From an uncultured Alphaproteobacteria bacterium (lineage in GTDB: Bacteria > Pseudomonadota > Alphaproteobacteria > HIMB59 > GCA-002718135), in assembly GCA_902602695.1 (NCBI GenBank), contig CACKRO010000002.1:2170-66169 (forward strand): DNA of 64,000 nt, given 5' to 3'. Made by a program: the position numbers and the translations under genes. This document shows positions 9,970 through 22,324 of this stretch, in pieces (position 1 is the first letter of the stretch; every line of letters starts with the position of its first letter). Below the pieces are notes generated by a model. It was given only the letters and a program-made list of their open reading frames with translations, searched no databases and was not told the DNA's origin.

Positions 9970-10155
9970 AATTAAACTAATATTTATCAATCCAAAATTC
10001 AAGATTTTTAGTCAAATTTGGAAACAAAGTGGGGAATTTTTCTAAGTTTTGCTCTATTTTTATCAACATTCTACGATATATCTATCATAATATTAGATAA
10101 AAACTTTAATTTTTGAATTTTTTGAGAAAAAATATAATCATATTCTACTTATTCT

Positions 10156-10536
10156 ATGTCTAACAAATTTGAAAATAGGCCTTTATCACCACATTTATCA
10201 ATCCACAAAAAGGTTTTAACTGCTGTTTTTTCGATATTTCATAGAATTACAGGAATAGGCCTAAGTATTGGAGCTATACTTATATCAATTTGGTTCATCC
10301 TAATTAGTTTAGGGCCTAGTTACTTTGCTTATTTCCAAATTATCTCTTCAAGCATATTTTTTAAATTAATATTGATACTTTGGTCATTTGGCATTTTTTA
10401 TCATCTATTTAATGGAATAAGAAAATTATATTGGTCCTTTGGCATAGGAATGGATTTGAGAAGTGTTTATGGTTCAGGCTACGTAGTTATATTCTTGACA
10501 TTTTTATCTACAATAACGGTTTGGCTCTTTGCATGA
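10156..10536 (+). CDS. sdhC: succinate dehydrogenase cytochrome b556 subunit
   Basis: RPLSPHLSI.. is the SdhC N-terminal signature. It has three TM helices and is the first gene of sdhCDAB. Confidence 0.8.
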   Translation: MSNKFENRPLSPHLSIHKKVLTAVFSIFHRITGIGLSIGAILISIWFILISLGPSYFAYFQIISSSIFFKLILILWSFGIFYHLFNGIRKLYWSFGIGMDLRSVYGSGYVVIFLTFLSTITVWLFA

Positions 10537-10862
10537 AAAATTATGCTTTAAAGTGGATTGTAAAAAGAATAACTGCTTCAATCTTAATTCCTTTAACATT
10601 CTGGTTTATTTATATTTCAATTTCTTTATCTAAAATGGAATATGACGAAACTGTTATTTTTTTTAGTTCCTATTTTAATAGTTTCTTGTTTTATCTAATG
10701 ATGATTTCTATGCTAATACACTCAAGGCTGGGACTTCAAACAATTTTAGAAGATTATGTCACATCGAAAAAAACATTAAAAATAAGTAAATTAACCATAG
10801 ATTATTTGACATATTCTTTAATGTTTCTAATAACCGTGTTTGTAATTAAAATGATAATTTAA
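10533..10862 (+). CDS. sdhD: succinate dehydrogenase membrane anchor subunit
   Basis: I chose the ATG at 10533, which overlaps the sdhC TGA (ATGA), over the longer tracked [17 protein letters not shown] is the SdhD heme-ligand/DY motif. Confidence 0.8.
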   Translation: MKNYALKWIVKRITASILIPLTFWFIYISISLSKMEYDETVIFFSSYFNSFLFYLMMISMLIHSRLGLQTILEDYVTSKKTLKISKLTIDYLTYSLMFLITVFVIKMII

Positions 10863-12655
10863 TGACTAAATCTTATGAAATAATTGATCATCATTATGAT
10901 GTAGTTGTAATTGGTGCTGGTGGATCCGGTTTACGTGCAACTCTAGGCTGTGCTGAATCAGGTCTTAAAACTGCATGTATTTCCAAAGTTTTTCCAACAA
11001 GAAGTCACACAGTTGCTGCTCAAGGTGGTATTGGAGCTGCCCTTGGTAACATGGGTGAAGATAACTGGAAGTGGCATATGTACGACACAGTTAAAGGCTC
11101 TGACTGGTTGGGTGATCAGGATGCAATTGAATATTTATGTTCAAAAGCACCTCAAGCTGTAATTGAATTAGAAGAATATGGAATGCCTTTTAGTAGGACT
11201 GACGATGGTAAAATCTATCAAAGACCATTTGGAGGACATTTAACAAATAACGGTGAAGGAGCTCCTGCTATGAGGGCTTGTGCAGCAGCAGACAGAACAG
11301 GGCATGCATTACTTCATACCTTATATCAACAATCTCTTAAAAACGAAGTTGAGTTCTTTATTGAATACTTCGTTTTAGATCTAATTTCAGATACAGATGG
11401 AAACTGCATAGGCGTAGTGGCATGGTGCCTAGAAGATGGATCTATTCATAGATTTTTATCACACCAAACAATTCTAGCAACAGGCGGATATGGACGAGCA
11501 TATTTTTCTTCAACAAGCGCTCACATATGTACTGGTGATGGAAGTGCTATGGCTCTTAGAAAAAACCTTCCATTATCAGATATGGAATTCATTCAATTTC
11601 ATCCAACAGGTGTATACGGTGCGGGAGTCTTAATTACTGAAGGAGCCAGAGGTGAAGGAGGTTATCTTACAAACAGTGATGGTGAAAGGTTTATGGAACG
11701 TTATGCGCCTAATGCTAAAGATTTAGCATCAAGAGATGTTATTAGTAGAGCCATGACTATAGAAATAAATGAAAATAGAGGCTGTGGGGATAATGCAGAT
11801 CATGTCCTTTTACACTTGGAGCATATTGATGCAGAGACTCTTCATAAAAGATTGCCAGGTATCTCTGAAACAGCAAAGATTTTTGCTGATGTAGACTTAA
11901 CAAAAAAACCTATACCGGTATTACCAACAGTTCACTATAATATGGGAGGTATTCCAACTAATTATAGAACAGAAGTACTTAATCCAACAAACAAAAATCC
12001 TGATAATATTTCTGAAGGTTTGTTAGCAGTAGGGGAAGCAGCATGTGTTTCAGTACATGGAGCAAATAGACTTGGAACTAACTCTTTAATTGATCTTGTT
12101 GTTTTTGGAAAGGCTGCTAGCGAAACATGTGCAGAAAAAGTTAAACCACATTCAAAAAAAATTGAAATTAGTAAGTCTAGTACTGATGAAATATTAGACA
12201 GATTTAATAATATCAGATTTAGCAGAGGTGATTCGACGACTGGAGAACTGAGAACTTCTATGCAGCATATTATGCAAAAAAAATGTGCAGTATTTAGAAC
12301 TCATGATTTAATTTCTAAAGGTATAGAAGAATACCAAGAAGTTGAAAGCTCAATGGATAACATTGATATTAAAGATAAATCACTAATATTTAACACTGAT
12401 TTAGTTGAAGCTTTAGAATTACACAATTTAATGGCACAATCAAAAGTAACTCTTCATTCTGCATTAAACAGAACTGAAAGCAGAGGTGCGCATGCACGTG
12501 AAGATTATAAGGAGAGAAATGATAATGACTGGCTTGTTCATTCTCTAGCATGGTTAAATAATAATGGTGATGTTAAAATGGGCTCTAGATCAGTTCACAT
12601 GAATACTCTAACTAATCATGTACAACCTATACCTCCTAAAAAAAGAGTTTACTAA
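10862..12655 (+). CDS. sdhA: succinate dehydrogenase flavoprotein subunit
   Basis: [12 protein letters not shown] motif, [10 protein letters not shown] covalent-FAD His, and HPTG/RGEGG motifs. Confidence 0.95.
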   Translation: MTKSYEIIDHHYDVVVIGAGGSGLRATLGCAESGLKTACISKVFPTRSHTVAAQGGIGAALGNMGEDNWKWHMYDTVKGSDWLGDQDAIEYLCSKAPQAVIELEEYGMPFSRTDDGKIYQRPFGGHLTNNGEGAPAMRACAAADRTGHALLHTLYQQSLKNEVEFFIEYFVLDLISDTDGNCIGVVAWCLEDGSIHRFLSHQTILATGGYGRAYFSSTSAHICTGDGSAMALRKNLPLSDMEFIQFHPTGVYGAGVLITEGARGEGGYLTNSDGERFMERYAPNAKDLASRDVISRAMTIEINENRGCGDNADHVLLHLEHIDAETLHKRLPGISETAKIFADVDLTKKPIPVLPTVHYNMGGIPTNYRTEVLNPTNKNPDNISEGLLAVGEAACVSVHGANRLGTNSLIDLVVFGKAASETCAEKVKPHSKKIEISKSSTDEILDRFNNIRFSRGDSTTGELRTSMQHIMQKKCAVFRTHDLISKGIEEYQEVESSMDNIDIKDKSLIFNTDLVEALELHNLMAQSKVTLHSALNRTESRGAHAREDYKERNDNDWLVHSLAWLNNNGDVKMGSRSVHMNTLTNHVQPIPPKKRVY

Positions 12656-13449
12656 TGGTCGAGTTTTCTCTTCCAGCTAATTCAAAAGTTACAACCGGTA
12701 TTACATATAAAGCTAAGGAACCACGCGAGTCACCTAAAAATTTAGTAATCTATAGGTGGAATCCTGAAGAAAAAAAGAATCCTAGATTAGACACTTATGA
12801 AATTGATCAAAGTAAGTGTGGTCCAATGGTTTTGGATGGGTTAATGAAAATTAAAAACGAGATTGATCCATCTTTGACTTTTAGAAGATCTTGTCGCGAA
12901 GGTGTTTGCGGATCCTGTGCAATGAATATAGACGGTGTAAATACACTAGCGTGTTTAAAGAGCATGTCTGATGTAAAAAAAGAAATTAAAATATATCCAT
13001 TACCTCATATGCGTGTTGTAAAAGATCTGGTTCCTGATTTGAGCAAAGCATATGAGCAATTGGCTTCAATAAAACCATGGTTAAAAAGATCAAATAATGA
13101 TTTAACTACTGATGAAAATAAAAATGAAGAAAAAAAACAAACACCTAAAGAAAGAGAAAAACTTGATGGTAAATGGGAGTGCGTGTTATGTTTTTGCTGT
13201 ACCACTTCTTGTCCAAGCTACTGGTGGAATGGAGACGAATATTTAGGTCCAGCGGTCCTTCTACAAGCAGCAAGATGGGTAAATGATTCTAGAGACTCAG
13301 AAAGAAAGGAAAGATTAAAAGCAATTAATGATTCATTGAAACTTTATAGGTGTCATTCAATAATGAATTGTACAAGATCTTGTCCCAAGGGTTTAAACCC
13401 AGCTAAAGAAATTGCCGGACTTAAAAAGGCTATTGTTACAGAATTATAA
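12655..13449 (+). CDS. sdhB: succinate dehydrogenase iron-sulfur subunit
   Basis: Three Cys clusters: [27 protein letters not shown] and [13 protein letters not shown]. Confidence 0.95.
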   Translation: MVEFSLPANSKVTTGITYKAKEPRESPKNLVIYRWNPEEKKNPRLDTYEIDQSKCGPMVLDGLMKIKNEIDPSLTFRRSCREGVCGSCAMNIDGVNTLACLKSMSDVKKEIKIYPLPHMRVVKDLVPDLSKAYEQLASIKPWLKRSNNDLTTDENKNEEKKQTPKEREKLDGKWECVLCFCCTTSCPSYWWNGDEYLGPAVLLQAARWVNDSRDSERKERLKAINDSLKLYRCHSIMNCTRSCPKGLNPAKEIAGLKKAIVTEL

Positions 13450-13467
13450 TTAAAGTATAAAACTTAA

Positions 13468-14430
<963 letters not shown>

Positions 14431-14471
14431 TTGTATTTTTCATCTAATCTAATTATTACCTTTTTATCAAA

Positions 14472-15656
14472 ATGAATTTGCATGAATATCAAGCTAAAGA
14501 TCTACTAAGAAAGTACAATCTACCTATACTTGAAGGTAAAAGTTACACAGAAAATGTTGACAATTTAGGAAGAGATTTACAAAATATAAAAGGACCGCCA
14601 TGGGTTATTAAATCACAGATACATGCTGGAGGAAGAGGAGCAGGTACATTTTTAAAACCATTTAATACAAAAGGTGGAGTACAAATAACAGAATCAATTG
14701 ATGATGCACAAAAAATTGCAAAAGGAATGATGGGCAACACTTTGATTACAAAACAAACAGGTAATGAAGGAAAGTTAGTAAATAGGATTTACTTAGAAGC
14801 TGGGTGTGAAATTGATAGGGAATATTATTTAAGTATCCTTCTTGATAGGAATCAATCAAAATTAATGATGATGGTATCTGATGCTGGCGGTGTAGATATA
14901 GAAGATGTAGCTGAAAAAACACCAGAAAGAATTCAATATGTTTATTTTGATAACTTAGAAGATTTTACAATTAGTGATAGTCTTCAAAATAAATTAAGCT
15001 TTTCCATTAATGAGTTTAACCAATTTAAAGAAATTGTTTCAAATTTATGTAAGGCTTATGTCGAAATAGATGCTTCTTTAATTGAAATTAATCCTCTTGT
15101 TGTAACAAAAGATGAAAAAATAATTCTTTTAGATGCTAAAATTAATATTGATGATAATGCTCTCTACAGACAACCTGAGATTGAAAAATTAAAAGATACT
15201 TCAGAAGAAAATGATTTAGAGCTTGAAGCTTCTGAACACGATATGGTTTACATTAAGCTGGATGGAAAAATAGGCTGTATGGTTAATGGAGCCGGGCTAG
15301 CCATGGCAACTATGGATATTATTAAACAATTTGGAATGGAGCCAGCCAATTTTTTAGATTTAGGAGGTACAGCAAATAAAGAAAGAGCCATTAAAGCTTT
15401 TAAGATAATTCAATCTGATAAAAATGTTAAATCAGTCTTCATAAATATTTTTGGAGGAATTATCCATTGTGATATGATTGCTAATGGCATCATCGATGCA
15501 ATTAAAGAATTAGATTTTAAACTTCCTGTTGTTGTACGTTTTCAAGGAACAAATTCCAAAGAAGGAAGAGACATTATAAATAATTCATCATTGGGATTAA
15601 TTTCAATTGATGATTTCTCAAATGCAGCCCAGAAAGCTGTGGAGTTATCAGAATAG
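14472..15656 (+). CDS. sucC: succinyl-CoA synthetase beta subunit
   Basis: [10 protein letters not shown]-terminus, ATP-grasp motifs and [15 protein letters not shown]. Confidence 0.95.
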   Translation: MNLHEYQAKDLLRKYNLPILEGKSYTENVDNLGRDLQNIKGPPWVIKSQIHAGGRGAGTFLKPFNTKGGVQITESIDDAQKIAKGMMGNTLITKQTGNEGKLVNRIYLEAGCEIDREYYLSILLDRNQSKLMMMVSDAGGVDIEDVAEKTPERIQYVYFDNLEDFTISDSLQNKLSFSINEFNQFKEIVSNLCKAYVEIDASLIEINPLVVTKDEKIILLDAKINIDDNALYRQPEIEKLKDTSEENDLELEASEHDMVYIKLDGKIGCMVNGAGLAMATMDIIKQFGMEPANFLDLGGTANKERAIKAFKIIQSDKNVKSVFINIFGGIIHCDMIANGIIDAIKELDFKLPVVVRFQGTNSKEGRDIINNSSLGLISIDDFSNAAQKAVELSE

Positions 15657-16540
15657 TGTCAATTTTAGTTAATAAAAATACAAGACTTATTTGCCAAGGC
15701 TTTACTGGTTCACAAGGAACATATCATTCTGAACAAGCTATAGCATATGGCACAAACCTTGTCGGTGGTGTCACACCTGGTAAAGGAGGGCAGACTCATT
15801 TAAATTTACCTGTGTTTAATACTGTTGCCGATGCAGTCAAACAAACTGAAGCCAACGCAACAGTTATTTACGTTCCTGCTAAGTTTGCTGCTAAAGCAAT
15901 CCACGAAGCTTTAGATTCAGATATTGAATTAATTGTTTGTATTACAGAAGGTATTCCTGTCTTAGATATGATTGATATAAAAAAAAGAATTATTAATAAT
16001 CACACATATTTGATAGGACCTAACTGTCCAGGACTAATTACTCCTTCTGAATGTAAAATTGGAATTATGCCTGGCTTCATCCATAAAAAAGGTAAGATAG
16101 GTATAGTGAGTAGATCAGGAACATTAACCTATGAAGCTGTTGCACAAACCACAGAGGTAGGATTAGGTCAATCAACGTGTATCGGTATTGGCGGAGATCC
16201 AATACACGGAATGGATTTTGTAGATTGTATAAAGTTATTTTTAGAAGATGATGAGACCGAAGGCATTTTAATGATTGGTGAAATTGGTGGTGAAGAGGAA
16301 GAAAACGCAGCAGAATTTATTTCAAATTCAAAATTAAAAAAACCTGTTTCAGCATTTATAGCTGGACAATCGGCACCTAAAGGCAAGCGTATGGGTCATG
16401 CAGGCGCTATTGTTTCAGGCTCAAAAGGCACTGCACATTTCAAGATTGAATCTTTAGAAAATGCTGGAATTTTGGTATCAAAATCACCAGCCTCATTGGG
16501 AAAAACAATGAAATTAGCAATGCAAAATGGTAATAATTAG
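15656..16540 (+). CDS. sucD: succinyl-CoA synthetase alpha subunit
   Basis: The GTG start overlaps the sucC TAG. Motifs are [20 protein letters not shown] and MGHAGAI (phospho-His). Confidence 0.95.
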   Translation: MSILVNKNTRLICQGFTGSQGTYHSEQAIAYGTNLVGGVTPGKGGQTHLNLPVFNTVADAVKQTEANATVIYVPAKFAAKAIHEALDSDIELIVCITEGIPVLDMIDIKKRIINNHTYLIGPNCPGLITPSECKIGIMPGFIHKKGKIGIVSRSGTLTYEAVAQTTEVGLGQSTCIGIGGDPIHGMDFVDCIKLFLEDDETEGILMIGEIGGEEEENAAEFISNSKLKKPVSAFIAGQSAPKGKRMGHAGAIVSGSKGTAHFKIESLENAGILVSKSPASLGKTMKLAMQNGNN

Positions 16541-16591
16541 TTTCTATAAGTATGATTGTTATGCGAAATGGTTTTAGTTTAATAGAAATCT

Positions 16592-19495
16592 ATGAATGAT
16601 ACTTTCTTAAATAGTGCTAATGCGCCATATGTAGCCGAACTGTATTCTAAATTTAGAAATGATCCTGAAAGTGTGGACACAACTTGGAAAGATTTTTTTA
16701 ATAATTTAAATGAAGATGAGTACTCCGTTCTTAAAGATTTCGGCGGACCTAAATGGAAAGAACGTCCATCAAATATAATAGATAAAAATTACATAACTAA
16801 GGTTATAAAATCAAATGCGAATTATAATTCTGAAGAATTTAGAATTTTAACCTTAGATTCAATTAGAGCATTAAGATTAATTAGAGCTTTTAGAATTAAT
16901 GGACATTTAATTGCAGATCTCGACCCTTTAGGAATATCTGAAAGAGAATATCCTCAAGAATTAGATTATAGAAGTTATGGTTTTAATGAATCAGATTTAG
17001 AAAAAGAAATATTTATTGATGGAAGTTTGGGTTTAGAAAAATGTAAATTAAAAACTATTATAAAAATACTAAAAGAAACATACTCTGCTTCTATTGGTGT
17101 CGAATTTTTACATATACAACAAGCCGATCAAAAACAATGGGTGCAGGAAAGAATTGAAGAAGTAAGAAATAAAACAAATTTTACAAATGAAGGAAAAAAA
17201 GCAATCTATAAAAGATTAGTTGAATCAGAACTGTTTGAACAGTTTTTAGATAAAAAGTTTTTAGGCACAAAGAGATATGGTATCGAAGGTGGTGAAGCAA
17301 TGATACCAGGGATAGAGCAAATTGTTAAACAGGCATGTTTGTCTGGAATAGAAGATATAATTATTGGAACGGCTCATAGAGGAAGACTAACACTTTTATC
17401 AAGTGTTTTAGAGATGCCTTACAAAAAAATTTTAGCAAAATTTCAAGGGACTTTAAATGACCCAAATGAAGTACTTGGTTCGGGTGATGTAAAATATCAT
17501 TTAGGGGTTTCTGCTGATCGTGAATTTGAAAAAAAGAAAATTCATTTATCGCTCACCTCTAACCCCTCTCATTTAGAAGCAGTTAATCCTGTTGTAGCAG
17601 GAAAAGTAAGAGCTAAACAAACTTTATCCAAAGATAAAACAACAGATAAAGTTATTGGTTTATTAATTCATGGGGATGCAGCTATAGCTGGACAAGGAGT
17701 AGTAGCTGAAACATTTGCTATGTCACAATTAAGAGGTTTTAAAACAGGTGGTACAATTCACTTTGTAATAAACAATCAGATAGGTTTTACAACGATGCCT
17801 CAATATGGAAGATCAGCACCTTATTGTACTGAAATTGCTAAAATGGTTCAGGCTCCAATATTTCATGTTAATGGCGACGATCCAGAAGCTGTAGTCCATG
17901 TTTGTAGACTTGCAACAGAATTTAGAAATAAATTTAAAGTCGATGTTGTTGTAGATATGTTTTGTTACAGAAGATCTGGCCATAACGAAGCTGATGAACC
18001 TTCTTTTACTCAGCCACTTATGTATAAGGCTATCAAAAAACAAATCACAACAAGAAAAAAATATGAAAAAAAATTAATTGAGAATAATACTTTTTCAGAA
18101 GAAGAATCTAAAGAAATTGTAGATACTTTCAAAAATTTTTTAGATAAAGAATTTGAATCAACTAAAAATTATAAGCCAAATAAAGTAGATTGGTTAGAGG
18201 GCACTTGGACAGGTTTATCTACTGCAACATTTGATGCGAGAAAGGGAAAAACTTCTGTAAAAGAGAAAGCATTAATTAATGTAGCGAAAAAAATTCATAC
18301 AATACCATCAGATTTCAATGCTCATAGAAGAATAAAAAAAATTTATGGAGATAGATTAACAAGTGTAACTAAAGGAAAAGGTATCGATTGGGCTACTTCT
18401 GAAAGTTTAGCTCTAGCAACACTTCTAGATGAGGGATATGGCGTTAGAATATCTGGACAAGATGTTGGAAGAGGAACATTTAGTCATAGACACGGTGTTC
18501 TATATGATCAGGAAAACGAAAATCGTTTTGTTCCATTAAGACACTTTCAAAACAAGCAAGGTTACTTTGAAATTGTAGATAGTTTTTTATCTGAGTTTGG
18601 TGTTCTTGGTTTTGAATATGGATATTCACAAGTTGATCCTAAGACACTTGTTATATGGGAAGCGCAATTTGGTGATTTTGTAAATGGTGCACAAATTATG
18701 ATTGATCAATTCATTAGTTCTGGTGAAAGAAAATGGTTGAGAATGTCTGGTTTAACAATGCTTCTTCCTCATGGTCATGAAGGTCAAGGCCCTGAGCATA
18801 CAAGTGGAAGATTAGAAAGATTTTTACAGATGTGTGCAGAAGATAATATGCAAATTGTTAATTGCACTAGTCCTGCAAATTATTTTCATGTCCTGAGAAG
18901 ACAGCTACATAGAAATTTTAGGAAACCTCTAATTATATTTACACCAAAATCTACACTTAGACACAAATCTAACGTCTCAAATATTGAAGATTATATTAAT
19001 GGATCAACTTTTCATAGAATTCTAACTGATAAAATATCAGTAAAAGAAAAAAAGAAAAAGAAAAGATTAATAATTTGTTCTGGCAAAATATATTTTGAAT
19101 TAGCAGATCATATTACTAAAAATAAAATAAACACTCTCTCCATAATTAGATTGGAGCAGATTTACCCATTTCCTTATGAAAACTTTAGAGATGAACTAAA
19201 ACATTACACGGATGCTGAAATTATCTGGGTACAAGAGGAGCCAAAAAATATGGGTGCCTGGGGTTTTGCCAAAGGTAGATTAGAAAGTGTTATGCAGGAA
19301 GCTAAAGTTAAACAAGAAAAGATATACTATGTTGGCAGAAGTCCTGCCGCTTCTCCTGCCGCTGGCTCTTTAGAAAGACACTTAAACAACCAAGAAACTA
19401 TTCTAAAAATGGTAACTGAAGATTCAATTGGCAAAATTATCAAATCTTGGGCAGGTATTTCAACAAAATTAAAGACCAATCTGCCAATTGAATAA
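16592..19495 (+). CDS. sucA: 2-oxoglutarate dehydrogenase E1 component
   Basis: 967 aa with the ThDP-binding HGDAAIAGQG, EAQFGDF and LLPHGHEGQGPEH. Confidence 0.95.
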   Translation: MNDTFLNSANAPYVAELYSKFRNDPESVDTTWKDFFNNLNEDEYSVLKDFGGPKWKERPSNIIDKNYITKVIKSNANYNSEEFRILTLDSIRALRLIRAFRINGHLIADLDPLGISEREYPQELDYRSYGFNESDLEKEIFIDGSLGLEKCKLKTIIKILKETYSASIGVEFLHIQQADQKQWVQERIEEVRNKTNFTNEGKKAIYKRLVESELFEQFLDKKFLGTKRYGIEGGEAMIPGIEQIVKQACLSGIEDIIIGTAHRGRLTLLSSVLEMPYKKILAKFQGTLNDPNEVLGSGDVKYHLGVSADREFEKKKIHLSLTSNPSHLEAVNPVVAGKVRAKQTLSKDKTTDKVIGLLIHGDAAIAGQGVVAETFAMSQLRGFKTGGTIHFVINNQIGFTTMPQYGRSAPYCTEIAKMVQAPIFHVNGDDPEAVVHVCRLATEFRNKFKVDVVVDMFCYRRSGHNEADEPSFTQPLMYKAIKKQITTRKKYEKKLIENNTFSEEESKEIVDTFKNFLDKEFESTKNYKPNKVDWLEGTWTGLSTATFDARKGKTSVKEKALINVAKKIHTIPSDFNAHRRIKKIYGDRLTSVTKGKGIDWATSESLALATLLDEGYGVRISGQDVGRGTFSHRHGVLYDQENENRFVPLRHFQNKQGYFEIVDSFLSEFGVLGFEYGYSQVDPKTLVIWEAQFGDFVNGAQIMIDQFISSGERKWLRMSGLTMLLPHGHEGQGPEHTSGRLERFLQMCAEDNMQIVNCTSPANYFHVLRRQLHRNFRKPLIIFTPKSTLRHKSNVSNIEDYINGSTFHRILTDKISVKEKKKKKRLIICSGKIYFELADHITKNKINTLSIIRLEQIYPFPYENFRDELKHYTDAEIIWVQEEPKNMGAWGFAKGRLESVMQEAKVKQEKIYYVGRSPAASPAAGSLERHLNNQETILKMVTEDSIGKIIKSWAGISTKLKTNLPIE

Positions 19496-19526
19496 ATTGG
19501 AGTAAATGTTATTAAGCATTTAATTA

Positions 19527-20708
19527 ATGAGTACTGAATTAATAGTTCCAACACTTGGTGAGTCAATTACGGAAGCAACCGTTTCAAAATGGCTTAAGAA
19601 CATAGGCGATAATTTTGAGGCAGATGAAGCTTTAGTTGAAATTGAAACCGACAAAATTACAGTTGAAGTACCAGCGCCTCATGCTGGATTTCTAAAAGAA
19701 ATAAAAGTTTCTGAAGGAACTGATGTTGAAATTGGAGGTATTTTAGGAATCTTAGATGAATCAAAAGGTAAAAAACCAACTCCTAAAAAAACTGAAATTA
19801 AAGAAGAAAAAGTAAAAGAAGAAGTAAAAGAAGTTAAGGTTGAAACAAAATCTTCACCTGCCAAATCTTCTCCATCTGCAAGAAAAATTGCTGAGGAAAA
19901 TAATATTAAACTAGAAGATGTCACCTCATCACGTTCTGATGGAAGAATTAATAAAGAAGATGTAGTTTCTCATCTTTCTTCTTCAAATAAAACAAGCACT
20001 AACAAAGGTGAAAGAGAAGAAGTAATTAAAATGTCTAAAATTAGACAGACAATATCTAAACGCTTAAAGGAAGCTCAAAATACAGCAGCCATACTTACAA
20101 CTTTCAATGAAATTGATATGTCCAAAGTGATGGAAATTAGAAAATCAAAAAACCAAGAATTTCAAAGTCGGTATGAAGTCAAATTAGGTTTCATGTCATT
20201 TTTTGTAAAAGCTGTAGTAAAAAGTTTGCAAGAGTATCCAGCTGTGAATGCTGAAATTAAAGATGAAAATATAATTTATAAAAACCATTTTGATATAGGT
20301 ATAGCTGTTGGAACTGAAAAAGGATTGGTCGTACCAATACTTAAAGATGCCGATCAATTGAGTTTTGGAGAAATAGAAACTAAAATTATCGATCTTAGTA
20401 CAAAAGCTAAAGATGGAACGTTGACCATGGAGGATTTGACTGGCGGCACTTTTACAATTTCAAATGGTGGCGTTTACGGATCAATGCTCAGCACACCTAT
20501 TATCAATAGACCTCAATCTGGTATTTTAGGGATGCATAATATCCAAAAAAGGGCAGTAGTTGTAAATGATGAAATAGTAATTAAGCCAATGATGTATGTT
20601 GCATTAAGTTATGATCATAGAATTATTGATGGAAAAGAAAGTGTTGGATTTTTAGTGAAGGTGAAAGAACTTCTAGAAGATCCATCCGAATTAATATTAG
20701 GAATATAG
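19527..20708 (+). CDS. sucB: dihydrolipoyllysine-residue succinyltransferase (E2)
   Basis: A single lipoyl domain (ETDKITVEV), a K/E/P linker, and the catalytic [10 protein letters not shown]. Confidence 0.93.
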   Translation: MSTELIVPTLGESITEATVSKWLKNIGDNFEADEALVEIETDKITVEVPAPHAGFLKEIKVSEGTDVEIGGILGILDESKGKKPTPKKTEIKEEKVKEEVKEVKVETKSSPAKSSPSARKIAEENNIKLEDVTSSRSDGRINKEDVVSHLSSSNKTSTNKGEREEVIKMSKIRQTISKRLKEAQNTAAILTTFNEIDMSKVMEIRKSKNQEFQSRYEVKLGFMSFFVKAVVKSLQEYPAVNAEIKDENIIYKNHFDIGIAVGTEKGLVVPILKDADQLSFGEIETKIIDLSTKAKDGTLTMEDLTGGTFTISNGGVYGSMLSTPIINRPQSGILGMHNIQKRAVVVNDEIVIKPMMYVALSYDHRIIDGKESVGFLVKVKELLEDPSELILGI

Positions 20709-20709
20709 A

Positions 20710-22107
20710 ATGGAAGATTTTGATTTAATAGTAATTGGCGCGGGACCCGGTGGATATGTGGCTGCAATTAGAGCAGCTCAACTTGGAATGAAGGTTGCTT
20801 GTATAGAAAAAGAGTCATCACTTGGTGGAACTTGTTTGAATATTGGATGCATACCTTCTAAGGCATTATTAAATTCATCTGAAAAATATGTTGAAATTTC
20901 AAATCATGCTGCAGAGCATGGTATAAAAACATCAAAGATAGATTTAGACCTAAATGTTTTGATGGATCGCAAAACTAAGATTGTGAAAAAACTTACAACA
21001 GGGATTGGTTTTTTATTTAAGAAAAATAAAATTACGCATATTCCTGGCACGGCTTCATTTGTAGATAAAAATACTATTTCTATTACAAATGGAAAAAATG
21101 AAATTACTGCTAGTGCTAAAAATTTTATTATCGCAACAGGATCATCTTCGATTGAGATACCAAATATTCCTGTCGATGAAAAACAAATAGTATCTTCAAC
21201 AGGTGCTCTATCTCTATCTAAAATACCAAAATCACTCTTAGTTATTGGTGGAGGATACATTGGATTAGAAATGGGTTCAGTATGGAGTAGATTAGGTTCA
21301 AAAGTAACAGTTGTTGAAGCTCTGGACAGAATTGTTCCAACTATGGATGGTGAAATAGCAAAAGAGTTTATGAAAATGTTAACTAAACAAGGATTAGAAT
21401 TCAAACTATCACATAAAGTGAGTTCTGCAAAATCTAGTAAGTCCGGTGTAGATGTTGAAATGGAAAAATCAGATAAAAAGAAAATAAAAGAAAACTACGA
21501 AATAGTTTTAATGTCAGTAGGAAGAAAACCAAACACTGAGGGACTGGGTCTCGAAAAAATTGGAATTAAACTAACGGATAAAAAATCTATTGAAATTAAA
21601 GATAACTTTAAAACTTCTGTAGAAGGAATCTATGCAATCGGTGATGTAGCACCAGGCCCAATGCTAGCACACAAAGCTGAAGAAGAGGGAGTAGCTTGTG
21701 TTGAATTTATAAATGGTCAAAAGCCTCATATAAACTATGAAGCTATACCAGCGATTGTTTATACTAATCCAGAAATTGCATCTGTAGGTAAAACAGAAGA
21801 ACAACTCAAGCAAGAAAAGAAAGACTTCAAGGTTGGAAAATTTCCTTTTATAGCAAATGGTCGTGCCTTAACTACTTCTGCATCAGAGGGATTTGTTAAA
21901 ATTTTGGTCGATAAAAAAACAGATGAAATTTTAGGTGCTCATATAATCGGTCATGATGCTGGACAACTGATTGCAGAAATTGTCACTACAATCGAATTTG
22001 GTGGAAGTGCAGAAGATATTGCTAGAGTATGTCATGCTCATCCAACAACTAGTGAAGCGGTAAAAGAAGCAGCTCTAAGTGTTGATGGCAGAGCCATACA
22101 TATTTAA
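20710..22107 (+). CDS. lpdA: dihydrolipoyl dehydrogenase (E3)
   Basis: GAGPGGY, the redox disulfide GGTCLNIGCIPSK, and C-terminal HAHPT.SE. Confidence 0.93.
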   Translation: MEDFDLIVIGAGPGGYVAAIRAAQLGMKVACIEKESSLGGTCLNIGCIPSKALLNSSEKYVEISNHAAEHGIKTSKIDLDLNVLMDRKTKIVKKLTTGIGFLFKKNKITHIPGTASFVDKNTISITNGKNEITASAKNFIIATGSSSIEIPNIPVDEKQIVSSTGALSLSKIPKSLLVIGGGYIGLEMGSVWSRLGSKVTVVEALDRIVPTMDGEIAKEFMKMLTKQGLEFKLSHKVSSAKSSKSGVDVEMEKSDKKKIKENYEIVLMSVGRKPNTEGLGLEKIGIKLTDKKSIEIKDNFKTSVEGIYAIGDVAPGPMLAHKAEEEGVACVEFINGQKPHINYEAIPAIVYTNPEIASVGKTEEQLKQEKKDFKVGKFPFIANGRALTTSASEGFVKILVDKKTDEILGAHIIGHDAGQLIAEIVTTIEFGGSAEDIARVCHAHPTTSEAVKEAALSVDGRAIHI

Positions 22108-22307
22108 ATTTTAGCTAGATCGATTCCTTTTTTATATTTTTTTGATGACTGTTTTACAACTGCTTGACCACACCTCATAACTTTTCTTTTATGATCAAAT
22201 GTCATTTTTGGCTCTCCATGTAATTTCCAACCATTAGATAATGCCTCTGTTACTCTTTGACAAAAATCAACAGTATCATCATCAGTAATAAATCTATAAC
22301 CTTTCAT
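22104..22307 (-). CDS. DUF1737-like small protein
   Basis: YRFITDDD..FCQRVTEALSNGWKLHGEP...CGQAV matches my recollection of the DUF1737 pattern. Confidence 0.45.
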   Translation of the reverse strand: MKGYRFITDDDTVDFCQRVTEALSNGWKLHGEPKMTFDHKRKVMRCGQAVVKQSSKKYKKGIDLAKI

Positions 22308-22324
22308 GTATGCTCCTTTTTGTA

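Noticed and set aside
10133-10138. A perfect TATAAT 18 nt upstream of the sdhC ATG. Other isolated TATAAT hexamers occur elsewhere, for example near 56310 upstream of the HNH gene.
   Set aside because: No acceptable -35 lies at 16-18 nt spacing. TATAAT also occurs by chance at high frequency in DNA this AT-rich. I have not reported these as promoters.
10431-10532. Upstream extension of the sdhD ORF, overlapping sdhC by ~100 nt.
   Set aside because: The in-frame ATG at 10533 forms an ATGA overlap with the sdhC stop and yields a normal-length SdhD. The extension is an out-of-frame read of sdhC.
19780-19900. A K/E/P/S-rich low-complexity stretch in sucB.
   Set aside because: This is the normal flexible linker between the lipoyl and peripheral-subunit-binding/catalytic domains of E2 proteins.
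20904-21404. A 166-aa ORF antisense to lpdA. Similar antisense ORFs lie at 27165-27476, 47832-48188, 23158-23466, 49164-49463 and 52618-52896.
   Set aside because: Each lies wholly inside a confidently identified, motif-rich gene on the other strand. Their composition is low-complexity (S/F/I-rich), typical of shadow frames in AT-rich DNA. None has recognisable motifs.
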